Positions 49,693 to 59,567 of a stretch of 64,000 nt of DNA are shown here, piece by piece. Every line of letters begins with the position of its first letter. The first letter of the stretch is position 1. This DNA comes from Nitrosopumilus sp. (GTDB lineage: Archaea > Thermoproteota > Nitrososphaeria > Nitrososphaerales > Nitrosopumilaceae). A program made the translations under genes and the position numbers. The notes beneath the pieces are model-generated. The model saw only the letters and a list, made by a program, of their open reading frames with translations, made no database searches and was not told the DNA's origin. The stretch lies in assembly GCA_965205425.1 (NCBI GenBank), contig CBDBGZ010000009.1:1088001-1152000 (forward strand), in the 5' to 3' direction.

Positions 49693-51150
49693 GTGACAGA
49701 CTATGATGTTATAATCGCAGGAGGAGGTCTTGCTGGAACCATTACAGCACAAGCTATTGCTCACTATTCAAATCAAAATTTGAAAATTTTAATCGTTGAT
49801 AGAAATACAGAATTTCTACCGGGTAGAAAATCATTAGCTGGATGGGTATGTGGAGATGCATGTTCTAAAGAAGCAGTTGATTTTATGACAGAGAGAATCA
49901 AAGTTGAATGGACTAAACCAGAAATTGAACATGATGTAAAGGGAGTCATGGCATTCTCACCAGATAAAGAAACTTCAATTCCTTTTGACGGAGATGGATT
50001 TATGTTAAATCGTCAAAAATTACCAGAAATTCAAAATGAAAGATGTAAAAAAATGGGTATTGAATTTGAATATGAAATTAATCTAACAGGTCTAATTTAT
50101 GAAGGTCAACAAGCAGTTGGAGTTCAAGGAGTAGATAATAAAACAAAACAACCATTCAAAAAAACATCAAAAATTGTAATTGACGCAACAGGAGTTACAT
50201 CTATGCTTAGAAATGGCCTTCAGAACTCTACCAAAGTAGAAAAACGAATTGATAGACGGGATTTAGAATCAACTGGAAGATACATCATGCATTTTGAAAA
50301 AGGTCAAAATGATCTTGCTGAATTTGATCCAGATTATTGTATCATTCATTTAGATCAAGACATTGCACCTGGAGGGTATGGATGGGTATTTCCAAAAGGA
50401 GATACTAAAGTTAACATTGGTTTAGGGGTTGAAAAATCTCTTTTAGATAAAAGAAACAAGAGATTGGGTAAAAAAGACAATGTTGAATCATTAATGAAAG
50501 AATATCTTTACAGAAATACTGCAATTAAAAATGCAAAGCTATCAGAAGAACCACAAGATATTAACAATAATTCAGGAGTATTCCAAGTTTCAGTTAGAAG
50601 ACAAAATGATTGTATGGTGTCAGGTGGATACGTAATGGTTGGTGATTCAGCATGGATGCCAAAACCAATTGATGCTGGAGGTATAGGACCAGCTTTGATT
50701 GCAGGTACAATTCTAGGAAATAACGTAGCTCAAGCATTAGAAGCAAATGATGTTTCTGAAGCAGGTTTGTGGCAATACAATTTAGATTACATCAAAGAGT
50801 ATGGATACAAAACTGCAGGTCTTGAGCTCTTTAGACGATTAATTCAACAAATGTCTAATGAACAAATCAGTTATGGAATGAAGCACTTTTTGGGAAAACT
50901 TGATGCTGAATCAATTAGTAAAGGTGAACATCCAGACTTTTCAGGATTAGGAAAAATTGGAATGATAATTAGAGGTGCAATGAATAAAACAGTTGCAGAC
51001 GGACTCAGATATACTTCTAAAGAAAATCAATGGTTAGTTGAACATTATAATAATTACCCAAAAGACCCATCAGGATTTGATGATTGGAATAAAACACTTC
51101 ATCAAAGACTAGAAGAAGCATTTACAAAAATAGAATCGTTTGATTCCTAG
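49693..51150 (+). CDS. Geranylgeranyl reductase family flavoprotein
   Basis: GGGLAG, VCGDA, IDATG, PGGYGWVFPK, VGDSA...P...GGI. Confidence 0.85.
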   Translation: MTDYDVIIAGGGLAGTITAQAIAHYSNQNLKILIVDRNTEFLPGRKSLAGWVCGDACSKEAVDFMTERIKVEWTKPEIEHDVKGVMAFSPDKETSIPFDGDGFMLNRQKLPEIQNERCKKMGIEFEYEINLTGLIYEGQQAVGVQGVDNKTKQPFKKTSKIVIDATGVTSMLRNGLQNSTKVEKRIDRRDLESTGRYIMHFEKGQNDLAEFDPDYCIIHLDQDIAPGGYGWVFPKGDTKVNIGLGVEKSLLDKRNKRLGKKDNVESLMKEYLYRNTAIKNAKLSEEPQDINNNSGVFQVSVRRQNDCMVSGGYVMVGDSAWMPKPIDAGGIGPALIAGTILGNNVAQALEANDVSEAGLWQYNLDYIKEYGYKTAGLELFRRLIQQMSNEQISYGMKHFLGKLDAESISKGEHPDFSGLGKIGMIIRGAMNKTVADGLRYTSKENQWLVEHYNNYPKDPSGFDDWNKTLHQRLEEAFTKIESFDS

Positions 51151-51190
51151 ATCTAATATTAAATATTGTTTAAATTAATGAAAACATACT

Positions 51191-51985
51191 TTGGAAGAAG
51201 CTCAATATCTTGATTGGAATAATTCAACTCAAATTCTAAACAAAGCGCATGAAGCAGGTCTTTTTGTGCTTATTATTGGTCCAAAGGGAACTGGTAAAAC
51301 ATCACTAGTCAGAGATTTTGCTAAAAACAAGAATATCAATCAAGAATCAATCAATTTTAGTCTTAGAACTAGAGAAAGTCATTTGGTTGGAACTAAGACC
51401 TTGAAAGATGGAACTGTTAGTTTTGATGAAGGGTTACTGATAAAATCCATGAAGAGTGGAGATATGCTATATCTAGATGAAATTAATTCAGCAGAAGCAG
51501 ATGTTTTACTTAGATTAGATGAGGCATTAGATGATAGACGTCAAATTGTATTAAAAGAATCAACAGGAGAAGTTGTCAAAGCAAAAGAAGGATGGTTTGT
51601 AGTTGCCACAATTAATCCATTATCACATAGTGGAACAAAAGAATTACCACCACAATTACTAAGTAGATTTCCAGTACGGATTAGATTAGAATATCCACCA
51701 GAAAATATAGAATTAGAAATTGTAAAAAAATATGTTTCAGGAAATCATGAAGCAAAAATTATTCAAGCAATTAAACTAGCAAATACACTTAGACAAGCTG
51801 CTGCTGTTGAAGAATTATTTTATTCGCCTAGCTTAAGAGAGACCATTGCTTTTGGAAAATTGTTAGATAAGGGAATGTCACCAAAGGAAGTTGCAGATAT
51901 TGTTTTTGGAAATGTCTATACACAATGGGGCAATATTGAATATCAAAAGGTTAGTGACATTATCACTTCAATGTTTGGAAATTAA
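51191..51985 (+). CDS. CbbQ/NirQ/NorQ-type MoxR AAA+ ATPase
   Basis: GPKGTGKT, LYLDEIN, LLSRF, PSLRE. Confidence 0.88.
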   Translation: MEEAQYLDWNNSTQILNKAHEAGLFVLIIGPKGTGKTSLVRDFAKNKNINQESINFSLRTRESHLVGTKTLKDGTVSFDEGLLIKSMKSGDMLYLDEINSAEADVLLRLDEALDDRRQIVLKESTGEVVKAKEGWFVVATINPLSHSGTKELPPQLLSRFPVRIRLEYPPENIELEIVKKYVSGNHEAKIIQAIKLANTLRQAAAVEELFYSPSLRETIAFGKLLDKGMSPKEVADIVFGNVYTQWGNIEYQKVSDIITSMFGN

Positions 51986-53548
51986 ATGCAATTAAGTGAG
52001 CTCCAAAACGATTCATTAGTGGAAATAGCAACTTTTCTTGTTAGAAGATGGTCTGAGAAAGACAACATCACAATAGAAATTTCAGATAAGACAGAAACTA
52101 AAGCACGATTAAAAGAAAATAAAGTAATCTTAACCCCATTAGAAAAAAGAATTGGGGATGATTTCCAAAAATATCGTCAATTTAGAACATCGCTATGGTA
52201 CGAAGCTATGAGAATAAAGTATTGTAAAAAAATTCTCAGCAATGATCATGCATTTGGATTTATTCTCAATACCATGGAAACTCAAAGGATTGAGCAGTTA
52301 GGTAGAGAGGTTTGGAAGGGTATGGATAATGAGATTCTTTTCAATTATACCTACATGCTTGTTTCAAGACCACAATTACACACAGTTTACGGAAAAGCAA
52401 GGGTTGTAGAAGCATTTTATCAATATTTCATGTTTGGCGTAATCAAAGGAGAAATGCAATTAAGTGATTTTGAGAAAATAAAAAAAGCAACAATATTTGC
52501 AAAAAAAATTGTTAATCAAGCAATTGATGAAAAACAAGATACTGATTGGGTAGAGAAAAATGTTAGTGAAATTATCAAAATATTAGATATTGATTCTCTT
52601 CTAACCATTCCAATATCACTACCATTTATGAAAGCTGGAATGGCATTATCTGAAGAAGAATTACTAAAGGTCTTAAAAATAATTTCAAAAAATAAAGAAG
52701 GGGATGTAGGAACTGTTGATCCCTCATCAATTCTTCGAGGAGATGATGTGTATGATGAATACAAAGTGTTGTTAGATGAAAATAAAAAAACTGAAAACAA
52801 AGGATTATCATCTGAAACTATTGGAATACAAATTCCATCTACAAGAAATGTAGATGAATCAACAATCTACGACATGCGATTGATTAATGGATTAAAAATC
52901 AAATTTAAAGAATGGAAATCAGGTTGGAAGGAACAACATCTTAGATCTGGAGATGAATTTGATGAGGAAAATTATATCGAAGAGCATGAGCCATTTTTTA
53001 CAGATGTAAAAAAATCAATAAAAACAAAAATTGTGATATTATTAGATCATTCATCTAGTATTGCATCTGATGCTATTGAATACAAAAAAGCAACTTTGGC
53101 GCTTTGTGAAGTTTTGGCTTTTCTTAAAGTAAAATTTGCAGTTTATGCCTTTAGTACAGAAAACAGAGCAATGGTATGTTGGTCAATTAAGCAAGATAAT
53201 GTCAAATGGAACAACATAACTGCAAAAAGACTAGCACAAATTGTTGCAAATGGTTCAACACCGTTGGCAGAGGTCTACGACAAAATGTTTCCAACACTTC
53301 AATCAAAAAGACCAGATATTTTTTTGACATTAACTGATGGCGAACCATCAGATCCAGATGCAGTTAGAAATATGACAAAATCATTCAAAGGATTGGGAAT
53401 AAACATGGTTGCTTTAGGATTAGGCCCAAATATTGTCAGAGCCACCACAATAGCTAACAATCTAAAACATTTAGGATATGAAAAAACTATGGCAGTAAGT
53501 AGACTAAATGATATTCCAAATAAGGTAATGAGTATTTTAGAAGGTTAA
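51986..53548 (+). CDS. VWA-domain partner (CbbO/NorD-like)
   Basis: MIDAS DHSSS, GSTPL, LTDGEP. Confidence 0.85.
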   Translation: MQLSELQNDSLVEIATFLVRRWSEKDNITIEISDKTETKARLKENKVILTPLEKRIGDDFQKYRQFRTSLWYEAMRIKYCKKILSNDHAFGFILNTMETQRIEQLGREVWKGMDNEILFNYTYMLVSRPQLHTVYGKARVVEAFYQYFMFGVIKGEMQLSDFEKIKKATIFAKKIVNQAIDEKQDTDWVEKNVSEIIKILDIDSLLTIPISLPFMKAGMALSEEELLKVLKIISKNKEGDVGTVDPSSILRGDDVYDEYKVLLDENKKTENKGLSSETIGIQIPSTRNVDESTIYDMRLINGLKIKFKEWKSGWKEQHLRSGDEFDEENYIEEHEPFFTDVKKSIKTKIVILLDHSSSIASDAIEYKKATLALCEVLAFLKVKFAVYAFSTENRAMVCWSIKQDNVKWNNITAKRLAQIVANGSTPLAEVYDKMFPTLQSKRPDIFLTLTDGEPSDPDAVRNMTKSFKGLGINMVALGLGPNIVRATTIANNLKHLGYEKTMAVSRLNDIPNKVMSILEG

Positions 53549-53594
53549 TTTTTCAAAATTATATCAGGATGTTATATATGAAGCAAAAAATCGA

Positions 53595-55154
53595 ATGGTT
53601 CTAGAGAAAAATATGTCTGAAAACGATTTTGATAAACCATTACTTGAAAAATTCGAGCAAGAAATTTGGAATAAAATTCCACATTTAGAAGGAGAAAAAG
53701 TAGTTAATGCAACACCGTTAATTGATCTCACTAATGATCTTAAAGAATGTGCAAAAAGTGTGTACAAATTAGATATTTCAAATTTAGATTTGAAAGTATA
53801 TGGGAAATTTGATGCCAATTTGTTATCAGGTTCAATCAAAGTTAGACCTGCAATTCACATTATGCATGATGCCATTAAAACAGGTAAATTGAAAAGTGAT
53901 CAAACAATCATTGAGGCAACATCAGGAAACTTTGGAATTGCCTTAGGACAAATGTCAAAGCTTGGATTAACTGTAGTATCACTTGTTTCAAGAAAATTAC
54001 AAGAAGGAGTGTTTAAGGAATTAAAAAATGAAGATATTCGAATAATGGATCTTGATATGGATATTTGTCCAGCACCAGGTATGAAAGATAGTGATGCTGA
54101 TGCATTAAAAGCAAAAGCAACTGCAGGTAATGTTCGTTCTCAATTAACAGAGTTAGGTTTTGATCCTACCATTTTTGATAATTCAATTTCTGAAATTGAA
54201 GCATTGTTAGCTGCACAAGACATTATCAATTTAGCAAAATTACTTGCAAAAATTTATGGATTTTTCTGTCCTGAACAATATGATAATGAATTAAACATTA
54301 ATGCTCATCAAACTATTACAGCAGTAGAAATTGAACAACAATTAAAAGAAAATTCAGATTCTTTAGAAGATTATAGAATTTGGTGTTCTTTTGGAACCGG
54401 TGGCACATCTGGAGGATTAAGCAGATATATGAATGAGAAATATGGTAAAAAAGCAATTCATGTTGTATTCCCAATTCCAGGTCAAGATGTAGCAGGTATT
54501 AGAACAAAGGCCAAAGCTGATGGTTTAAAATTATACAACTCAGATGCATATGAAGCTGAACACGAAGTAGATTTTGGACAAGCAAAACATTTGCTAAAAT
54601 TCTTTGTAGATAAAGGTCACAATATCGGTGAAAGTACTGCACTTGCGCTATACTCTATCCTAGAAAAGCTTAGTGACGGAGATAAAGGTAAATTCATAGT
54701 TGTAGTTGCAGATGGTATTGAAAAATATAGGAAGAATCTAGAAGCAATGTCAAGCAATAAGCGTATGCAAGTCTCATTAGATGAAGCATCATCAAGTGTC
54801 CAAGAATATGATAAAATAGTATGGGTTCATACATCATACACTCCAAAAGAAGAAGGAATTGAAATGATTGCTAAATCATTAGGAGTTGATAAAGAAAAAA
54901 TTGCAATACCTAAGGCCAGTACCATTAATCAATTATTATCTACACAACAAATTCCTGAAGAATTGAGTAAAGAACTAGATGGATCCAAAGGTAAATCATT
55001 GTTAATTTGTATGGCTGGAAATACATCATTAATGACGGCTCAAGTACTTGCAAGCAAAGGCATAGTAACTGAGAGTTTAAATGGAGGTATAACAAATTTG
55101 CCAGAAGGACAAGGTAAAAACCCAGGCCAATATATCAAAGCAGCTACTGAATAA
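53595..55154 (+). CDS. PLP-dependent cysteine-synthase-like enzyme with C-terminal rhodanese-like domain
   Basis: SGSIKVR, EATSGNFG, GTGGTSGG; C-terminal LICMAGNTS...SLNGGI. Confidence 0.8.
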   Translation: MVLEKNMSENDFDKPLLEKFEQEIWNKIPHLEGEKVVNATPLIDLTNDLKECAKSVYKLDISNLDLKVYGKFDANLLSGSIKVRPAIHIMHDAIKTGKLKSDQTIIEATSGNFGIALGQMSKLGLTVVSLVSRKLQEGVFKELKNEDIRIMDLDMDICPAPGMKDSDADALKAKATAGNVRSQLTELGFDPTIFDNSISEIEALLAAQDIINLAKLLAKIYGFFCPEQYDNELNINAHQTITAVEIEQQLKENSDSLEDYRIWCSFGTGGTSGGLSRYMNEKYGKKAIHVVFPIPGQDVAGIRTKAKADGLKLYNSDAYEAEHEVDFGQAKHLLKFFVDKGHNIGESTALALYSILEKLSDGDKGKFIVVVADGIEKYRKNLEAMSSNKRMQVSLDEASSSVQEYDKIVWVHTSYTPKEEGIEMIAKSLGVDKEKIAIPKASTINQLLSTQQIPEELSKELDGSKGKSLLICMAGNTSLMTAQVLASKGIVTESLNGGITNLPEGQGKNPGQYIKAATE

Positions 55155-55159
55155 CAGCG

Positions 55160-55615
55160 TTGAAATGTCTTTCAGTTTCACAACCATTTGCGGATTTAAT
55201 TATTTTAGGAAAAAAGACCATTGAATTAAGGAATTGGAATACAAATTTTCGTGGAGAATTCTTGATTCATTCTCCACTAAAAATTAGAGTGGAAGATTCT
55301 AAAAGACTAAAAATTAAAAAGGAATTTGTTACAGGTGTAATTATTGGTAAAGTACAATTGTATGACGTTAAACAATATCATTCAATTAAAGAAATAAAAT
55401 CAGATCAAAAATTTCATTATGCATCAAAAAAATTTCAAAACAAAACTTTTGGATTTATGTTAAAAAATGTAAAACCATTTAGAATTCCAATCCCATGGAA
55501 AGGTCAACTAGGATTCTTTGATGTAGATATTCCAAAAACTAAAATCAAAAACAAAGAGATTGTGTCAGATATCATTGATGAAGAATTTAGATATCAATGG
55601 ATTGGACATCATTAG
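55160..55615 (+). CDS. ASCH domain protein
   Basis: LSVSQPFA..I..GKKTIELR.W, GQLGFF. Confidence 0.9.
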   Translation: MKCLSVSQPFADLIILGKKTIELRNWNTNFRGEFLIHSPLKIRVEDSKRLKIKKEFVTGVIIGKVQLYDVKQYHSIKEIKSDQKFHYASKKFQNKTFGFMLKNVKPFRIPIPWKGQLGFFDVDIPKTKIKNKEIVSDIIDEEFRYQWIGHH

Positions 55616-55681
55616 AAAAATCTAAAAATTGAAAAAAATTCTTACTAGTATATATAAAGGGCCTATTTAAAGTCCCTCGTT

Positions 55682-56245
55682 ATGCCTCAAACTAAGCCAA
55701 TTGTTAGTGTTGAAAATGTTGTTGCATCTGCATCAGTAGACCAAAAAATTGATCTAATTGAAATTACTGAAAAATTTCCAGATACTGAATATCATCCAGA
55801 ACAATTTCCAGGACTTGTATTTAGATTAACAAATCCAAGAACTGCAACATTGATTTTTAGAACTGGTAAAATGGTGTGTACAGGGGCTAAATCAGAAGAG
55901 ATGGCAATCAAAGCAGTCAATACAGTTGTTCAAAAATTAAGAAAGGGTAAAATCAAGATCAAGAAAGATGCAGTTATTACAGTTCAGAATATTGTAGCAG
56001 CAATTAACCTTGGTGGAAAAATCCATTTAGAAAAAGCAGCAAGAACATTACCAAGAAGTATGTATGAACCAGAGCAATTCCCAGGGCTAATTCATAGAAT
56101 GTTAGATCCTAAAACAGTTATTCTATTATTTGCATCAGGTAAATTGGTGTGTACAGGGGCTAAAAAAGAATCAGATGTTTATCGTTCAGTTCACAATTTG
56201 CATGCATTATTAGAAGAAAAAACTCTAATGATATATGATCAATAA
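55682..56245 (+). CDS. tbp: TATA-box binding protein
   Basis: Two repeats of NVVAS/NIVAA, Y.PEQFPGL, GK.VCTGAK. Confidence 0.97.
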   Translation: MPQTKPIVSVENVVASASVDQKIDLIEITEKFPDTEYHPEQFPGLVFRLTNPRTATLIFRTGKMVCTGAKSEEMAIKAVNTVVQKLRKGKIKIKKDAVITVQNIVAAINLGGKIHLEKAARTLPRSMYEPEQFPGLIHRMLDPKTVILLFASGKLVCTGAKKESDVYRSVHNLHALLEEKTLMIYDQ

Positions 56246-56265
56246 TTTTTAGAAGATTTTAAAAA

Positions 56266-56487
56266 TTGACTAAAGATATTTTTGAAGATGAAAAAATTAA
56301 GCTAACTCCTAAAACAGGTTTTGATTTGATTGGCATAGATTATTTTGCAGAGCCTGGAAACCAATTATATTTAATAGAACATTTTGAAATGTATCAAGAT
56401 GCTTTGAATGCAAAAAAAGATAGAAAAAATCAAGACGAATATTTTGTGCTCTATAAAGGAACTGGAAATGAATTTTTCTGCAGATAG
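56266..56487 (+). CDS. Small hypothetical protein
   Basis: 73-aa ORF directly after tbp. Confidence 0.6.
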   Translation: MTKDIFEDEKIKLTPKTGFDLIGIDYFAEPGNQLYLIEHFEMYQDALNAKKDRKNQDEYFVLYKGTGNEFFCR

Positions 56488-56558
56488 ATTAGAAAAATCA
56501 TAAAACTTTACTAAATTTTACAATCTCTCTTATCATTCAGTTAAAAATTAAAAAAACC

Positions 56559-56809
56559 ATGCCTAGCGAAACAAGTGATTTGATTGATACATTATATGAA
56601 AAAGAAAATCCAGTTCAATCTAAACAAATTTCTAAACAAATTATTCGTAAAAGTCCAAAAGCAAAATATCAGATTTTTGATGAAATAGAGTTTACACGTG
56701 GAAGAGAAGTTCTTGGAGATCTAATTGTTCATGGAATGATAGCTTCGGGTGGAACTGACATAGATTGGCTGATTGAACACAAAGGGAGTTTCATCGTTCT
56801 AGAATTCAA
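56559..56809 (+). pseudogene. 5' fragment of a putative PD-(D/E)xK nuclease-like gene cut by IS110
   Basis: TDIDWLIEH...FIVLEF then abrupt change of character; no continuation at the other IS110 end. Confidence 0.5.
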
Positions 56810-58197
56810 CAGTACTTGGGAAAGTAACTACCTGACATCTTCCAAATAGTATTGAGATTTTATTCTCCTAAAGAAATCAACAATAATAACTATAACCATA
56901 TGTGCCAAAATCAGCTAGGAAATTAGATGGTACTTGCATTCGTATCAAGAAAGTAAGAAATGCAAACAAACACACTACCCTTCCTGAAAAAAAATATTTG
57001 ATGTTTGTAGGATTGGATGTTCACAAGAACTCTGTACAGGTGGCAGCAGTAGATGAGATTGGCAAATTGTTATTTAACAAAAAGATTTCCAGTGATTTTT
57101 CTGCTATTAGCAAAATTACATCCAAAATTCCAAAGAACGCAAAATATGTTTTAGAGTCATCATCTGTCTGGTATGGCCTTTATAGACACATGACAGACAA
57201 ATTACATCTTGATGTTATACTATCTAATCCATACAACACAAAGATAATAGCATCATCACTCAAAAAGACTGATAAAATTGATGCGTACCATCTTGCAAAT
57301 TTGCTACGAGGAGGATACATTGCAGAATCATTCGTGCCAGATCACACAATTGTGCAATACAGACAGCTTGTAAGACATCGACACAAGATTGTGCGCATCA
57401 TTGTAAAGATGAAGAATTCCATACATGGTATTACACTACAGGAGGGAATCCATATCAAAGCAACACCATTTTCCTCAGAACACATACGTGCACTTGGAAA
57501 ATTGGAGAGTTATAGAATAGATTCGTACCTACAAAGCATAAAATTTCACAAAAAGGAGGTTGCAAAAATAGATTCCATGATACGTCGCATGGTAAATGAT
57601 AATCCTGATGTGTGTATTTTGACATCAATACCTGGAGTTGGACCATACACTGCATTGAGCATATTCTCAGAAATTGCAGAGATTAGTAGATTTTCAAATT
57701 CTCACAAGTTATGTGCATATGCAGGGATTGTTCCATCGGTGAGAAATTCTGCAGATACAATACATCACGGAAGAATTACAAAGAGAGGAAGCACCATGCT
57801 AAGATGGTTGCTAGTGGAGGCAATTCATGCACATGTTAGATACGCACCAGATAGCGACATTACAAAATTTTACAATCGCATTAAGAAAAAGAGAGGAACC
57901 TCAAAGGCAGCAGTTGCTGCTGCATCAAAGTTATTGCGTGTCATATATTGGATGCTAAAAGAGAGGAGAGAATTTGTGCAAAATTACAGTTAGGACTGCA
58001 AGTCGCGTTAGAGTTTTTGAGGGACAAGGCCTCGTCTGATAACTGCGAACAATCCTAACTAGGATGAAGATAGCATTGAGAGAATAGTCTCGTATGGATA
58101 CATGTCCGCATCTTTTGATTGAAACCATTCTCTAGCGAAAGCCATGCCCTGATGTATGGAAAGAGAAGAAATGTATAAAAACAATTCACATGGATAA
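56808..58197 (+). mobile_element. IS110-family element with ~200-nt 3' non-coding region (ends approximate)
   Basis: DEDD recombinase; no TIR or TSD seen; ends inferred from flanking gene breaks. Confidence 0.75.
56902..57993 (+). CDS. IS110 recombinase/transposase (start may be ATG 57001)
   Basis: VGLDVHK, LESS, KTDKIDA, IPGVG, YAGIVPSVRNSA, ITKRGS..LR. Confidence 0.95.
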   Translation: MPKSARKLDGTCIRIKKVRNANKHTTLPEKKYLMFVGLDVHKNSVQVAAVDEIGKLLFNKKISSDFSAISKITSKIPKNAKYVLESSSVWYGLYRHMTDKLHLDVILSNPYNTKIIASSLKKTDKIDAYHLANLLRGGYIAESFVPDHTIVQYRQLVRHRHKIVRIIVKMKNSIHGITLQEGIHIKATPFSSEHIRALGKLESYRIDSYLQSIKFHKKEVAKIDSMIRRMVNDNPDVCILTSIPGVGPYTALSIFSEIAEISRFSNSHKLCAYAGIVPSVRNSADTIHHGRITKRGSTMLRWLLVEAIHAHVRYAPDSDITKFYNRIKKKRGTSKAAVAAASKLLRVIYWMLKERREFVQNYS

Positions 58198-59165
58198 CTC
58201 TTGTTCCCTTCTCTGGCATCTTTCTTGCATATGCCTTTGCAGGGGTCTCAAGATTATCCCAGTCAAGTGACATGTGTGGCTTTATGTGATTGTACCAGTG
58301 GACCAGCTCATCAATGGTGCCAAACCATTTCTGCTTTCTCTGAATCTCGCCGTGAAATCTTTCGAGCTTGCCATTGGTTTGAGGATGGTTCACTCTTGCC
58401 ATGATATGCTTTATCTCTAATTTTACCAGTTCTTGCTCAAACTGGGATGCTCCTTTTCTCTTGTATTCTGATTGGTTTGCATAAAACTGGGAGCCATGAT
58501 CAGTTAGAATTGATGCAGGCCTACCGTGCTTTGCAATTGCCTCATGTAATACTACAAGTGCGTTATCTGTTGTTGCCTCTGCAAACACTCCATGAGAAAC
58601 GATAAACCTTGATGCGTCATCCTGGTAGCATAAGAACCATCTGCCATCATCTAGCTTCTTCCAGTCAGTATGCCACATGGAGTTTGAATATGTCCTTTCA
58701 TATCGAACCCACTTTCGTCTTCTCCTCTTCTTTGGCTGAGCTTCTGCCAACCCTTCATCTCTCATAATTTTGTGTATGGTATTGTGAGGTATGTGTGTTC
58801 CAGTAGTATCAATTATTTTCTCCAAGAATACTGCAGAACACCTGAACTTTTCAAATGTAGACTGGACAGTCTGCACCATCTGCTCTGTGATTATTCCCTT
58901 TGGCCTTCCAGACTTGCCTAGGATTGGAACTGCACCAGTACGGCGATACCGTGAGTAGAGTTTCTGCACCCACCGAACAGATATCTTCATGGATGAGGCA
59001 ACGTCTGCGTTCTTGGCACCGTCCTCTTTTGACTTGATTATCCAGGATATCTGGATTGGATCTAACTTTTGCATAATCTTGTGATTCTTTCCTCTTTTCC
59101 AAACGTATCTTGACTTTAGTCTGGAAATAATGGGGTGAACTAATTTGAGGATAATAGACTCTACA
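58198..59165 (-). mobile_element. IS481-family element, 3' end truncated by IS110
   Basis: Transposase from ATG 59074: HTH, MWHTDWK, QDDASR, LTDHGSQF, PQTNGKLERFH; left end ~59156-59165. Confidence 0.85.
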
Positions 59166-59431
59166 ATTTCCTTGACATTTTCTTTTGCATCTTTAATTTT
59201 GAAAGTGTAATCAAACAGTTGCCTTCCTTCAGGCCAGGATATTTTGATGTGTTTTTTGTCAGTTACCTCAACTGATGCAATCTGAGAATGCAACCTCTCA
59301 AAGAATATTCCTTTTGATTTCTGCTCCAATACAATTGCATTTGTGGTAACATACATGATTCCTTTACCATGTGGAGAATCGATTTCAAGCTCTTTTTCGA
59401 TTTTTTCATCATTTCTTAATACTAGTGTCAT
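59160..59431 (-). pseudogene. 5' fragment of PH-like-domain protein fused in frame to IS481
   Basis: GKGIMYVTTNAIVLE...IASVE beta pattern; composition changes at IS end. Confidence 0.55.
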
Positions 59432-59567
59432 ACTCTAAATGCCTCCATTTTTGATAAAAGCCATATTTTCATCTGTATTATTATATGGATAAGTATTATA
59501 TTAATATTGAGTACAGTTTTTTATAAAAATTATAAAGTTTATAAAATATACCATACTCAATGATATT

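Noticed and set aside
58055..59431. 458-aa ORF as a natural domesticated integrase
   Set aside because: IS end sequence lies inside the ORF and the tail is antisense IS110; better explained as an insertion chimera.
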